Shown in pieces: positions 22,483-31,676 of a stretch of 34,762 nt of DNA. The DNA is from Mycoplasmatota bacterium (GTDB lineage Bacteria > Bacillota_I > Bacilli_A > RF39 > UBA660). The notes under the pieces are model-generated. The model was not told the origin of the DNA, did not search any database, and saw only the letters and a program-made list of their open reading frames with translations. The translations under genes and the position numbers were made by a program. Location: NCBI GenBank assembly GCA_012727915.1, contig JAAYGD010000001.1, positions 1 through 34,762 of the forward strand, written 5' to 3'. Numbering within the stretch: position 1 is the first letter of the stretch; each line of letters begins with the position of its first letter.

Positions 22483-22514
22483 AAAAAAGAGCAAATTAAT
22501 TCAATTTACTCTTT
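22483..22514 (-). terminator. Probable terminator after yqeY
   Basis: Minus strand AAAGAGTAAATT-N5-AATTTGCTCTTT followed by TTT. Confidence 0.6.
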
Positions 22515-22933
22515 AATATTTCACTTGCTAATTTTGTATCTGCTTTACCTTTTATTTTAGGCATCAATACTTTCATAACATTCCCAAAATCTTTTGAAGA
22601 TATAGCGTTAACTTCTTTAATTGAATCATCTATAATTTTTTCTAATTCTTCATTAGAAATTTGTTCTGGCAAATAACTTAATAATACTTCTATTTCTTTA
22701 TTTAATGTATCTATTGTATCTAATCTATTTGCTTTTTTAAATTCTTCAATACTTTCTTTTCTTAATTTTATTTGTTTACTTATAATATCAATTATTTGAT
22801 TATCATCTAAAGGTTTCATTATTTTCTTTTCTTCAATTTGAACTGCACCCTTTAATAATCTCAAAGTAGCTAATTTTATTTCTTCTTTAGATTTCATTGC
22901 CAAAATTAAATCTTGTTTAATTTTTTCGTTCAT
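22496..22933 (-). CDS. yqeY: GatB/YqeY domain protein
   Basis: AMKSK...LRLLK, RKESIEEF, YLPEQ, GNVMK..KGKAD; follows rpsU. Confidence 0.92.
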   Translation of the reverse strand: MNEKIKQDLILAMKSKEEIKLATLRLLKGAVQIEEKKIMKPLDDNQIIDIISKQIKLRKESIEEFKKANRLDTIDTLNKEIEVLLSYLPEQISNEELEKIIDDSIKEVNAISSKDFGNVMKVLMPKIKGKADTKLASEILKSKLN

Positions 22934-23139
22934 TAATAATCTCTTCTTCCTTCAGAAGTTTTGCTCTTCTTTTTACTATTTTTAATTGCGTTTTTCTTGG
23001 CTTCTCTTTTTTCTACACCTGGTTTGGTATAGTGTTCTCTTTTCTTATATTCTGAAAAAACACCGCTTTTGGCAGAGTCATTTTTAAATCTTTTGAAAGC
23101 ACCTTCAAAATTGCCATTTTTTACTATTACCTTTGTCAT
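22933..23139 (-). CDS. rpsU: 30S ribosomal protein S21
   Basis: KRFK...G...E.KKREHY.KPG; start set at ATG 23139 by spacing from SD AAAGGAGG. Confidence 0.93.
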   Translation of the reverse strand: MTKVIVKNGNFEGAFKRFKNDSAKSGVFSEYKKREHYTKPGVEKREAKKNAIKNSKKKSKTSEGRRDY

Positions 23140-23175
23140 ATACATCCCCTCCTTTGCGGTTATAAATTCAAAAAA

Positions 23176-23204
23176 ATTATATCAAACTTTCTTTGATTTT
23201 TCAA
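23176..23204 (-). promoter_or_regulatory. Sigma-A promoter of rpsU
   Basis: TTGAAA (23204-23199), 17 bp spacer, TG-a-TATAAT (23184-23176). Confidence 0.75.
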
Positions 23205-23221
23205 CATCAAAAAAAGAGAGA

Positions 23222-23416
23222 TTAATTATCTTCTTTCTTTTTTTCCTTGCTTAATACTAATTTACCTTTATAAAATCCACATTCAGTACATACTCTATGT
23301 GGTTTAATTACTGCTCCACAATTAGTACATTTAGTTGTTTGTGATTCTTCTATTTTGTAATGTGTACGACGCATTCTCTTTCTAGTTTTACTAACTCTTC
23401 TAAAAGGAACTGCCAT
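23222..23416 (-). CDS. rpmF: 50S ribosomal protein L32
   Basis: MAVPFRRVSKTRKRMRRTH, CTNC...CTECGFY. Confidence 0.97.
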   Translation of the reverse strand: MAVPFRRVSKTRKRMRRTHYKIEESQTTKCTNCGAVIKPHRVCTECGFYKGKLVLSKEKKKEDN

Positions 23417-23433
23417 AATATCCCTCCTTAACT

Positions 23434-23868
23434 TTAATCTTCATCTACAAGTTTCCAACCATCACCTTTGATATTACTTCTATCTAAGTTTGGACTCAAA
23501 ACTTTAAGTGGAATCTCTAATACAATATTTTGCCATATTAATGGAAGAATATCAACAGAATTCTTATCTATTTTTAAATATTCTTCATTTTCTTTTGATT
23601 CTAAGTCAATTACCTCATATATTTTAATATTAAATGGATAATTAACATCAACCAAAGATACTGAACATGGTAATATCATATAACCATCAATGGACATTTC
23701 TACTATAATTAAATCATCTTGTTCTCTTATAAAACTACCTTTAATATTTAATGGGCTCAATTTTCTAATGTCAGTTTTTTTAATATAACTGTCATCTATT
23801 TTAATATTTTCTTCAAAAGATATTTCATCTATTGAATAATTAAGTAGTTTACTAATATCAATAATCAT
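23434..23868 (-). CDS. YceD/DUF177 family protein
   Basis: LPCSVSL, NIVLEIP.KV, GDGW; immediately upstream of rpmF. Confidence 0.88.
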   Translation of the reverse strand: MIIDISKLLNYSIDEISFEENIKIDDSYIKKTDIRKLSPLNIKGSFIREQDDLIIVEMSIDGYMILPCSVSLVDVNYPFNIKIYEVIDLESKENEEYLKIDKNSVDILPLIWQNIVLEIPLKVLSPNLDRSNIKGDGWKLVDED

Positions 23869-23885
23869 ATTTCCACCGCTATTAC

Positions 23886-23943
23886 ATTATACTAGCATAT
23901 TTATATTTTTGCAACAGAAAAATTATAGTTTAAATGGTATAAT
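23886..23943. promoter_or_regulatory. Divergent promoters for yceD-rpmF (-) and the ABC operon (+)
   Basis: Minus: TTGCAA (23914-23909), 17 bp spacer, TATAAT (23891-23886). Plus: TG-g-TATAAT 23935-23943. Confidence 0.65.
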
Positions 23944-23959
23944 CATAATGGAGGCTAAT

Positions 23960-24862
23960 ATGAAGTTAGAACTAATAAACATAAATAAAAGTTTTAGTAA
24001 TAAAAAAATATTAAAAGATATATCTTTTACAATAAATAGTGGTAAAGCAATGGGGTTTTTAGGAAGAAATGGTGCTGGAAAAACAACTACTATTAGAATA
24101 ATAATGGATGTATTTAAAGCAGATAGTGGCTCTATAACAATAAATGATAAACCTTTTTTAAAAAAAGATTATAAAATTGGATATTTACCTGAAGAAAAAG
24201 GAATGTATCAAAAGATACCATTGTTAAAACAATTAGTGTATTTTGGAGAATTAAAAGGATTATCCAAAAAAGAAGCTATAGAAAAAGGAACAGAAATAAT
24301 AAATAAAATGGGATTATCCGAATATCTCAATAAACCTTTATCTATGTTAAGTAAAGGTAATCAACAAAAATTTTTTATTGCGCAATCAATTATAAATGAT
24401 CCAGATATATTGATATTGGATGAACCCTTTGGAGGCCTTGATCCAGTTAATGCTCAAAGTTTAAAAGATATTATTAGAGATTACATTAAAAAAGATAAAA
24501 TTGTAATATTTTCAAGTCATCAAATGTCACACGTAGAAGAATTTTGTGATGATGTTACTTTTATAAAAGATGGAAAAATAGTATTATCAGATAACCTAAA
24601 TAAATTAAAAAAAGAAATGGGAAAAAATAAAATAAAAATTAAATTAATAGAAGATAATGAAGTAGAAAAATTAAATATAATTAAAGATATATTAATAAAA
24701 AAAGAAAATGATTATATAATAATTGAATGCTTAAATAATAAAAAAACTAATGATTTATTATTAGAAATATTAAACTTAAAATTAAACATTGAAGAATTTA
24801 GTAACTATGTACCAAATTTAGAAACTATATTTATAAAAATAGAAGGTGATAAAAATGAATAA
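23960..24862 (+). CDS. ABC-2 type transporter ATP-binding protein (YhaQ/NatA-like)
   Basis: GRNGAGKTT, GYLPEE, LSKGNQQK, ILDEP, SSH; start moved to ATG 23960 (SD GGAGG). Confidence 0.93.
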   Translation: MKLELININKSFSNKKILKDISFTINSGKAMGFLGRNGAGKTTTIRIIMDVFKADSGSITINDKPFLKKDYKIGYLPEEKGMYQKIPLLKQLVYFGELKGLSKKEAIEKGTEIINKMGLSEYLNKPLSMLSKGNQQKFFIAQSIINDPDILILDEPFGGLDPVNAQSLKDIIRDYIKKDKIVIFSSHQMSHVEEFCDDVTFIKDGKIVLSDNLNKLKKEMGKNKIKIKLIEDNEVEKLNIIKDILIKKENDYIIIECLNNKKTNDLLLEILNLKLNIEEFSNYVPNLETIFIKIEGDKNE

Positions 24863-26087
24863 TACTATAAAAGTATTCTTATTTGAATTTAAAAATAAAT
24901 TTAAAGAAAAGACCATTATGATATCATCAATAATAATTTTATTATTAATATTTATTGCAACCTTTATTCCAAGTATAATAAATAACAACAAAAAAACAGA
25001 AGAAGAAATAATTAAAGAGCAAATAGAAGAAATGGAAAATGTTGGTTATATAATAAATGATAAAGATATCGAATCTTTTTTAATAAATGATAAATCAGAA
25101 TTAAAACTCGCAAAAAAATATTCTAATGAATCAGTTTTAATAAATGATATTGAATCAAAAGATATTAAAATTGGTTTTGTAATAATAAATGAAACCAATT
25201 ATAAAATAATTAGATTTGGATCAGAATTTGCATTCTCTGAAGTATATGATTATGGAATAAAAGATAACCTAACAATATACGCCAAGAATAAATTCTATAA
25301 AGAACACAATATAGATCCAATGTTAGTTAGTAATGCAGAAAAAATTGAAATATCATCAACAATACAAGATATCGGAAAAAGTGCTGAAAACAACTTTTTT
25401 ATCGCTTATATAGGTACATTTATAATATATTTTATAATAATTTTATTTGGAGTATCAGTTTCAACAACCATAGCTAGAGAAAAAAATGATAGAACTATGG
25501 AATTATTAATCACAAATACTTCATCAACTAGTTTAATAGTTGGAAAAGTATTAGCTTCTTTAATATTTAGCATCGGTCAAATTATTGCAATGTTATTAAT
25601 AGGATATATAGGAATTCTTTTAAATAAAGCAAGCTATCCACCAAACTTTTTAAATATTTTAGTTCAAAATATATCTCCATCTTTAATTATAATATTTTTA
25701 TTATTCTCATTCTTTGGATGCTTAATGTATTTTTTTGTATATGCTTCTTTAGGATCACTAGTTTCAAAAGTTGAAGATGTTAATAATGCAATAGGACCCA
25801 TTCAATTAATATTTATAACATCATTTATGATATCTATGATAAGTATGAATACCCCTAATTCTTCTTTACTTACAATATCATCTTTTATACCATTTACCTC
25901 ACCTATGGCAATGTTTGTTAGATACTCTATGACCTTAGTACCATTAATAGATGTTATAATATCTCTAATATTACTTATAATTACATCTGTTTTACTAGCG
26001 TATTTAAGTATTAAAATATATAGGCAAGCCACTTTAAATTATGGTAATAAACTATCATTAATAAAAGTATTAAAGAATATAAAGTAG
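24855..26087 (+). CDS. ABC-2 type transporter permease (YhaP/NatB-like)
   Basis: N-terminal TM, large loop, EKNDRTMELL, GKVL, SFIPFTSP; overlaps the ATPase stop. Confidence 0.9.
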   Translation: MNNTIKVFLFEFKNKFKEKTIMISSIIILLLIFIATFIPSIINNNKKTEEEIIKEQIEEMENVGYIINDKDIESFLINDKSELKLAKKYSNESVLINDIESKDIKIGFVIINETNYKIIRFGSEFAFSEVYDYGIKDNLTIYAKNKFYKEHNIDPMLVSNAEKIEISSTIQDIGKSAENNFFIAYIGTFIIYFIIILFGVSVSTTIAREKNDRTMELLITNTSSTSLIVGKVLASLIFSIGQIIAMLLIGYIGILLNKASYPPNFLNILVQNISPSLIIIFLLFSFFGCLMYFFVYASLGSLVSKVEDVNNAIGPIQLIFITSFMISMISMNTPNSSLLTISSFIPFTSPMAMFVRYSMTLVPLIDVIISLILLIITSVLLAYLSIKIYRQATLNYGNKLSLIKVLKNIK

Positions 26088-26093
26088 GTGTTT

Positions 26094-27164
26094 ATGAAAA
26101 GTACAGGAATAATAATAGAATATAATCCCTTTCACAATGGTCATCTTCATCATTTAAATGAAACAAAAAAAATGTTTAAAGATAATGTTATTATAGCGGT
26201 TATGAGTGGTAATTTTACTCAAAGAGGAGATGTAAGCATAATAAACAAATGGGATAAAACTAAATTAGCGCTTAACTTTGGAGTAGATATTGTTGTAGAA
26301 CTTCCCTTTCATTATGCCACTCAATCAGCAGATTTTTTTTCAAAAGGAGCATTAGAAATACTTAACGAGTTAAAAGTAGAAAATATAGTTTTTGGATCTG
26401 AATCTGGAGATATTAATTTATTATATAAATATGCTTCAAAACTAATTAATGATAATCCAATATTGATTAATAATGAATCATATCCATCAAATATTTTAAA
26501 ATCAATAAATATTGAAAAACCTAATGATATATTAGGTATAACCTATATTAAAGAAATAATAAGAAACAAATATAATATTAAAGCATATACTATAAAAAGA
26601 AATACTAATTATCATAGCAAAGACTTAAAAGAATGTAGCGCAACCAGTATAAGAGAAGCACTAAAAACAAATAAAAAAATAAATGAATATATACCATATA
26701 AATTTAAATATGAAAATTTAAAATTTATTGAAGATTATTATTCTCTATTGAAATATAAAATACTATGTACTGATGATTTATCAATTTATAATGGGGTTGA
26801 TGAAGGATTAGAAAACAGAATTAAAAAAGTAATAATTAAATCTAATTCATTAGATGAATTAATAAATAATATTAAAAGTAAGAGATACACATATAGTAGA
26901 ATAAAAAGAATGTTATTGCACATATTAATAAGTTTCACTAAAACAGATAATGAGAAGTATAAGAATATTAATTATATTAGAATATTAGGATACTCTAATA
27001 AAGGTATTAAATACTTAAATAAAATAAAAAGAGATTTAAATTTACCTTTAATTACTAATTTTAATAAATATAAAGATTTATTATATTTAGAATACAAAAC
27101 TTCTTCAATATATGATATTAATAATATTAATTTTGAATTTAATATGCCTATAAAAAAAGACTAA
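26094..27164 (+). CDS. tmcAL: tRNA(Met) cytidine acetate ligase (YlbM/TmcAL)
   Basis: EYNPFHNGH, MSGNFTQRG, FGSE, PNDILG, SATSIR, KRYTYSRIKR; start could alternatively be GTG 26088. Confidence 0.9.
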   Translation: MKSTGIIIEYNPFHNGHLHHLNETKKMFKDNVIIAVMSGNFTQRGDVSIINKWDKTKLALNFGVDIVVELPFHYATQSADFFSKGALEILNELKVENIVFGSESGDINLLYKYASKLINDNPILINNESYPSNILKSINIEKPNDILGITYIKEIIRNKYNIKAYTIKRNTNYHSKDLKECSATSIREALKTNKKINEYIPYKFKYENLKFIEDYYSLLKYKILCTDDLSIYNGVDEGLENRIKKVIIKSNSLDELINNIKSKRYTYSRIKRMLLHILISFTKTDNEKYKNINYIRILGYSNKGIKYLNKIKRDLNLPLITNFNKYKDLLYLEYKTSSIYDINNINFEFNMPIKKD

Positions 27165-27178
27165 ATAAAAGTCTTTTT
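27154..27178. terminator. Bidirectional terminator between tmcAL and the LRR prepilin
   Basis: AAAAAGACT-N7-AGTCTTTTT between convergent stop codons. Confidence 0.7.
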
Positions 27179-28214
27179 ATGATTTCGACCATATACATGT
27201 TTGACACGTTGAAGTATAATTTCCAGCTGCTCTTGAATAAGTTGTTACATAAGAATTATAAAAATTATTTGATATTGAAGTACTTGATACATCTACTAAA
27301 GAAGGCATATTAATATTAACAATTGAATTATTTACAAAAGCCTCTATTCCTATCGAATTAACAGTTGAAGGAATAGAAAGACTAGTTAATTGATTTCCAT
27401 AAAAAGCTCTTTCTTCAATAGACCCTACCCCATTTGAAATAGATAAATTAGTTAATTGATTATTTTCAAATGCTGAAACTCCAATTGTATTTACACTAGT
27501 AGGTATATTAATATTATTAATAATATTTCCACTAAAAGCATATGAAGATATAGTAGTAACACTATTTGGTAATATTATACTTTTTAGAAAATTATTTTGA
27601 AAAGAATTTGAACCAATAGTATTAACTGTATTTGGAATTATTACACTTGTTAGTCCAATATTATCAAATGCAGAAGAACCAATTATCGTTAATGTTTTCC
27701 CTCCTAAAGTACTTGGTATAATTACATTTTTAGAGCAACTTAAATCATATCCAATAACAGTTGCTTCAGTTACTGAACTAGAATAATCAAAACAACTTTC
27801 GTCTACACTTTCTGGAACATTTAAAATACAAATAGAATCTTTTGTAACAGATACCCTCTTTTCATTAAATTCTTTTTTTGCGCACAAAGTACCATTAAAT
27901 AACATAATCGCTACATATCCATTATAAGTAACATAAATAATGCCTTGATCAGGTAAAGTACCATTATAAGGTATTGAATCTCCTACAAATATACCACCTG
28001 AAATAGTATATTTTTTATCTACTGGTACATTAAAAGATAAATCTAATAATCTATCACTAGCAGCTTTAACTAAATTCTCAGCTCCTACTCTAATAGACTC
28101 AATTTGAGAATTTTCTATAACTTTTAAAATTCTCGGAATAGAAATAACTAAAATTATTGCTAACACAACTATAACTGCTAATAATTCAATTAAAGTAAAC
28201 GCTTTTCTATTCAT
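27177..28214 (-). CDS. Type IV prepilin-like protein with C-terminal BspA-type (LRR_5) leucine-rich repeats
   Basis: MNRKA|FTLIELLAVIVVLAIILVISIP; six ~22-aa repeats of the form IG..AF..N.L..I.IP..V.. Confidence 0.92.
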   Translation of the reverse strand: MNRKAFTLIELLAVIVVLAIILVISIPRILKVIENSQIESIRVGAENLVKAASDRLLDLSFNVPVDKKYTISGGIFVGDSIPYNGTLPDQGIIYVTYNGYVAIMLFNGTLCAKKEFNEKRVSVTKDSICILNVPESVDESCFDYSSSVTEATVIGYDLSCSKNVIIPSTLGGKTLTIIGSSAFDNIGLTSVIIPNTVNTIGSNSFQNNFLKSIILPNSVTTISSYAFSGNIINNINIPTSVNTIGVSAFENNQLTNLSISNGVGSIEERAFYGNQLTSLSIPSTVNSIGIEAFVNNSIVNINMPSLVDVSSTSISNNFYNSYVTTYSRAAGNYTSTCQTCIWSKS

Positions 28215-28223
28215 TACTAACTC

Positions 28224-28883
28224 CTAATATAGTTCTTTTTTCTTTTTAGCAACTAACAAAATAATTCCAATAGTACCTAAAGTAATTATTGAAAACGATA
28301 TATAAATATAGTAATCCAAAAACCAATCTAATAATATATTAGATAATTTTTCTTCTTTAATTACAGTAGGTTCTTCTTCTATTTCTTTTTTATTATTTTT
28401 TTCTTCTATATAAGAATTAATTTTTTTTATAAATTCTTCTTCAGAAATTTTAGTATTTACATTTTCTTTACATAAAAAGTATTCTTCATTACCTATACAC
28501 AAATCATTATCCTTATATACATTATAATAAGGTATATTAATAACCTTAGAAGATATATTAAAACCATCACAAACACTATTTGGATTTGAATATATTTTAA
28601 AAGACATTACAGTTCCAGGTATAATACCCTCAATAATATTATTTTCTATAGTATATGTTTCATTATTATAATCAATTACAATATCTTCTATCATATTTAA
28701 AATAGTTACTTTATATAAAATTTCATCTTCATTTTTATACTTTTCTAGTACATAATTAAAATTTAAAGATGCATTTCTTAATTTAGATTTTTCACTTAAA
28801 GTACACATTGGATTTAATGTATCATTATAGCCTAAAACAATAATAGGAAAAATTAAAATTAATAAAAATAATATTTTTTTCAT
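28224..28883 (-). CDS. Hypothetical secreted protein with C-terminal membrane anchor
   Basis: Signal peptide MKKILFLLILIFPIIVLG, four Cys, acidic linker, C-terminal TM plus KKKK; its TAG overlaps the SD of the prepilin. Confidence 0.82.
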   Translation of the reverse strand: MKKILFLLILIFPIIVLGYNDTLNPMCTLSEKSKLRNASLNFNYVLEKYKNEDEILYKVTILNMIEDIVIDYNNETYTIENNIIEGIIPGTVMSFKIYSNPNSVCDGFNISSKVINIPYYNVYKDNDLCIGNEEYFLCKENVNTKISEEEFIKKINSYIEEKNNKKEIEEEPTVIKEEKLSNILLDWFLDYYIYISFSIITLGTIGIILLVAKKKKELY

Positions 28884-28907
28884 AATTCCCCTTATTTTAT
28901 ATATAAA

Positions 28908-28918
28908 ATTATATCATA
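28908..28918 (-). promoter_or_regulatory. Extended -10 promoter for the hypothetical/LRR-prepilin pair
   Basis: TATGATATAAT upstream of SD AAGGGG. Confidence 0.6.
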
Positions 28919-28937
28919 AATATATCGTTTTGTTAAT

Positions 28938-28968
28938 AAAAGAGAAACTATTAATTAGTTTCTCTTTT
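28938..28968 (-). terminator. Intrinsic terminator at the end of serS
   Basis: AAAAGAGAAACTA-N5-TAGTTTCTCTTTT perfect 13-bp inverted repeat spanning the stop codon. Confidence 0.8.
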
Positions 28969-30237
28969 TATAAACTCTTTTCCGCCCATATATGGTTGTA
29001 ATGCCTTAGGTATTCTAATACTACCATCTTCTAAATAATTGTTTTCTAAGAACGCTATTAAAGCCCTAGGAGTGGCTAATACAGTATTATTTAATGTAGA
29101 TACATATTCATTGTTTTCTTTTTTAACTCTTATTCCTAACCTTCTAGCTTGAGCATCACCAAGTCTTGAACAGCTTCCAACTTCAAAGTATTCTTTTTGT
29201 CTTGGACTCCAAGCTTCAATATCACAAGATTTAACCTTTAAATTTGCTAAATCACCACTACAACACTCCAAAGTTCTAACAGGTATCTCTAACGTTCTAA
29301 AAAAATCTACAGTATATTTCCACATTTTATCATACCAATCAGCTTCTTCACTTCTATCACATAAAACTACCATTTCTTGTTTTTCAAATTGATGTACTCT
29401 ATATACACCTCTTTCTTCAATACCATGAGCTCCAACTTCTTTTCTAAAACATGGTGAATATGAAGTTATTTTTATAGGTAATTCCTCTTTTCTAATAATT
29501 TGATTCTTAAATTTACCAATAACAGAATGTTCTGAAGTACCAATCAAAAATAAATCTTCATTCTCAATTTTATACATCATAGCATTTAATTCTTCAAAAC
29601 TCATTACTCCATTTACAACATCACTTCTAATCATAAAAGGTGGTATACAATAAACAAAGCCCCTATCTATCATATAATCCCTAGCATAACTTAACATTGC
29701 AGAATGAAGTCTTGCTATATCTCCCATTAAATAATAAAAACCATTTCCACTAGTTCTACCAGAACTCTCTTTATCCAAACCATTTACAATATTCATAATA
29801 TCTGCGTGATAAGGTATTTCATAATTTCTAATTATTGGTTCTCCAAATCTTTCTACTTCAACATTTTCACTACTATCTTTACCAATAGGAACTGTTATAT
29901 CTATAATTTGAGGAATAGACATCATAATTTTATCAATTTCACTTTTTATTTCTACTTCTTTAGATTCCAAATCAACCAAATTTTCATTTAATTTAGATAC
30001 TTCTCCTTTTATATTATTAGCTTCTTCTTTTTTACCTTCTCTCATCAATAAACCAATCTTATCACTATTTTGATTTCTCAATTTTCTTAAATTATCAGCT
30101 TCAACCTTAATATTTCTAAATTTTTCATCTAAATCTCTTACTTGATCAACCAGCACTACCTTCTCATCTTGAAATTTTTTTCTAATATTTTCTTTTACTA
30201 ATTCACTATTTTCTCTTATTAATTTTATATCAATCAT
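28951..30237 (-). CDS. serS: Serine--tRNA ligase
   Basis: MIDIKLIR, N-terminal coiled coil, GTSE, CFRKEVG, RVHQFEKQE, DIEAW, EVGSCS, TLNNT. Confidence 0.97.
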   Translation of the reverse strand: MIDIKLIRENSELVKENIRKKFQDEKVVLVDQVRDLDEKFRNIKVEADNLRKLRNQNSDKIGLLMREGKKEEANNIKGEVSKLNENLVDLESKEVEIKSEIDKIMMSIPQIIDITVPIGKDSSENVEVERFGEPIIRNYEIPYHADIMNIVNGLDKESSGRTSGNGFYYLMGDIARLHSAMLSYARDYMIDRGFVYCIPPFMIRSDVVNGVMSFEELNAMMYKIENEDLFLIGTSEHSVIGKFKNQIIRKEELPIKITSYSPCFRKEVGAHGIEERGVYRVHQFEKQEMVVLCDRSEEADWYDKMWKYTVDFFRTLEIPVRTLECCSGDLANLKVKSCDIEAWSPRQKEYFEVGSCSRLGDAQARRLGIRVKKENNEYVSTLNNTVLATPRALIAFLENNYLEDGSIRIPKALQPYMGGKEFIKRETN

Positions 30238-30255
30238 AAAACTCTCCTTATATTC

Positions 30256-30284
30256 ATTATATCTTTATATTTATTAACTTTCAA
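30256..30284 (-). promoter_or_regulatory. Proximal sigma-A promoter of serS, downstream of the T-box terminator
   Basis: TTGAAA (30284-30279), 17 bp spacer, TATAAT (30261-30256). Confidence 0.65.
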
Positions 30285-30336
30285 TCCAAAACTTTCTTGG
30301 AGACTTTTCTATTATTCATATTACTCCTTTTCTAAC

Positions 30337-30520
30337 AAAAAAACTTTCATTCCTAAGGAACGAAAGCCGTGGTACCATCCTATTTACTTCTCTTAATATA
30401 ACGGTATTTACCGGAAATGTTTACATTTCACTCAAAAGTAGATTCATAAACTATATATGTTAATTTTCACCAACCATTAACTCTCTATAATACATTTATT
30501 TATTACTATTCTCTCTCTTA
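30337..30520 (-). ncRNA. T-box riboswitch, Ser specifier (UCU)
   Basis: AGTA loop-E (30507-30504), AGAGAG, apical stem GTTAAT/ATTAAC enclosing GGTGAAA, GAA-TCT-A specifier (30442-30440), T-box AGGATGGTACCACG (30381-30368), terminator CTTTCGTTCC-TTA-GGAATGAAAG plus T7. Confidence 0.9.
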
Positions 30521-30864
30521 GATTTTCCAAAAATTAATTCTTTAGTTTTTTCTAATATACTCTTTCCAGATTGTTTTAGTTCTATTGAGGATTCTTCTTT
30601 CGGAAAAATTCCACAACTCATTTCTAATATGCTCTCTCCAGATTGTCTTGCTTTTTCTAAAAATAGCATTTCCTCTTTAGTCATTCCATAAACACTTTTT
30701 TCTAAAGTACTTAGTTTATTAAATCTTCTTGTTCCTATTTTTTCAATAAAATTTGTTCTTTCAGAAATAGTGAAAGCGTTTTTATATCTTTTTTGATCGT
30801 TTTCACTCATTTTTGAAACTAATGTTTCTTTTTCTTCTTCAGAAAAATAATAACTATACTTCAT
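30496..30864 (-). CDS. Hypothetical protein (122 aa) with a short internal duplication
   Basis: SD GGGGG, own TGATATAAT at 30895-30887; RQSGESILE / KQSGKSILE repeat. Confidence 0.75.
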   Translation of the reverse strand: MKYSYYFSEEEKETLVSKMSENDQKRYKNAFTISERTNFIEKIGTRRFNKLSTLEKSVYGMTKEEMLFLEKARQSGESILEMSCGIFPKEESSIELKQSGKSILEKTKELIFGKSKRENSNK

Positions 30865-30899
30865 CTAATATTCCCCCAACAAAATAATTATATCACTAT

Positions 30900-31664
30900 T
30901 TAATATAATAATCTAATTATTTCTAGTGCAGTTATATTAAAATAACTTATTATTAATGCTCCAACACACAAATAAGGCCCAAATGGCATCATGTGTTCTT
31001 TATCTTTAAAATAATAATAACAAGATATTGGAAAAGCTATAATAGTACCTAAAAATACTGCTATTAAAGCATTTTCCCACCCAAGGAATAATCCTACTAT
31101 AAGCATTAATTTTATATCTCCCCCACCCATAGTTTCTTTTTTAAATACTAAATCCCCAAAAGACTTTACTAAATATAAAAAAGCAAATGGTATTAAAGCA
31201 TCTAATAATATATCTTTATATATTGAAAATCCATTTATTAAAATCATTGATACAACAAAAAAAGTGAAAAACACAAAGATTATTTCATCTGGAATAATCA
31301 TATATCTTATATCAGATACAATTACGATTACTGAAAAAGAAATAAATAATATAGAAAAAAGTAACTCAATACTTAATCCAAATATTAAATATGATAAAAA
31401 GAATAATAAGCCAGTTAATAGCTCAATTAATGGATAAATAATGCTAACCTCTTTTTTACAATTCTTACATTTACCACCTAAAAATATATATGAAAATAAT
31501 GGTATTAATTCTAGTGAACCTAATTTATGATTACAATTAACACAGTGAGATGCAGGAAAAGCAATAGATTCTTTTTTAGGGACTCTATAACCTACCACAT
31601 TGAAAAAAGATCCCATTATTGTGCCTATTATAAAGAAAAACATTGGATATATATTAGTTAACAT
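30900..31664 (-). CDS. pilD: Type IV prepilin peptidase (PilD/ComC, A24A)
   Basis: GSFFNVV.YR.P, SHCVNC, GKCKNC, YPLIE, SD...IIPD, MGGGDIKL, PFGPYL. Confidence 0.96.
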   Translation of the reverse strand: MLTNIYPMFFFIIGTIMGSFFNVVGYRVPKKESIAFPASHCVNCNHKLGSLELIPLFSYIFLGGKCKNCKKEVSIIYPLIELLTGLLFFLSYLIFGLSIELLFSILFISFSVIVIVSDIRYMIIPDEIIFVFFTFFVVSMILINGFSIYKDILLDALIPFAFLYLVKSFGDLVFKKETMGGGDIKLMLIVGLFLGWENALIAVFLGTIIAFPISCYYYFKDKEHMMPFGPYLCVGALIISYFNITALEIIRLLY

Positions 31665-31676
31665 ATTAATCTCCTA

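Noticed and set aside
30237..30319. TGA readthrough or genetic code 4 linking the mini-ORF to serS
   Set aside because: A TAA follows seven codons after the TGA, and the conserved genes in the window translate intact under code 11.
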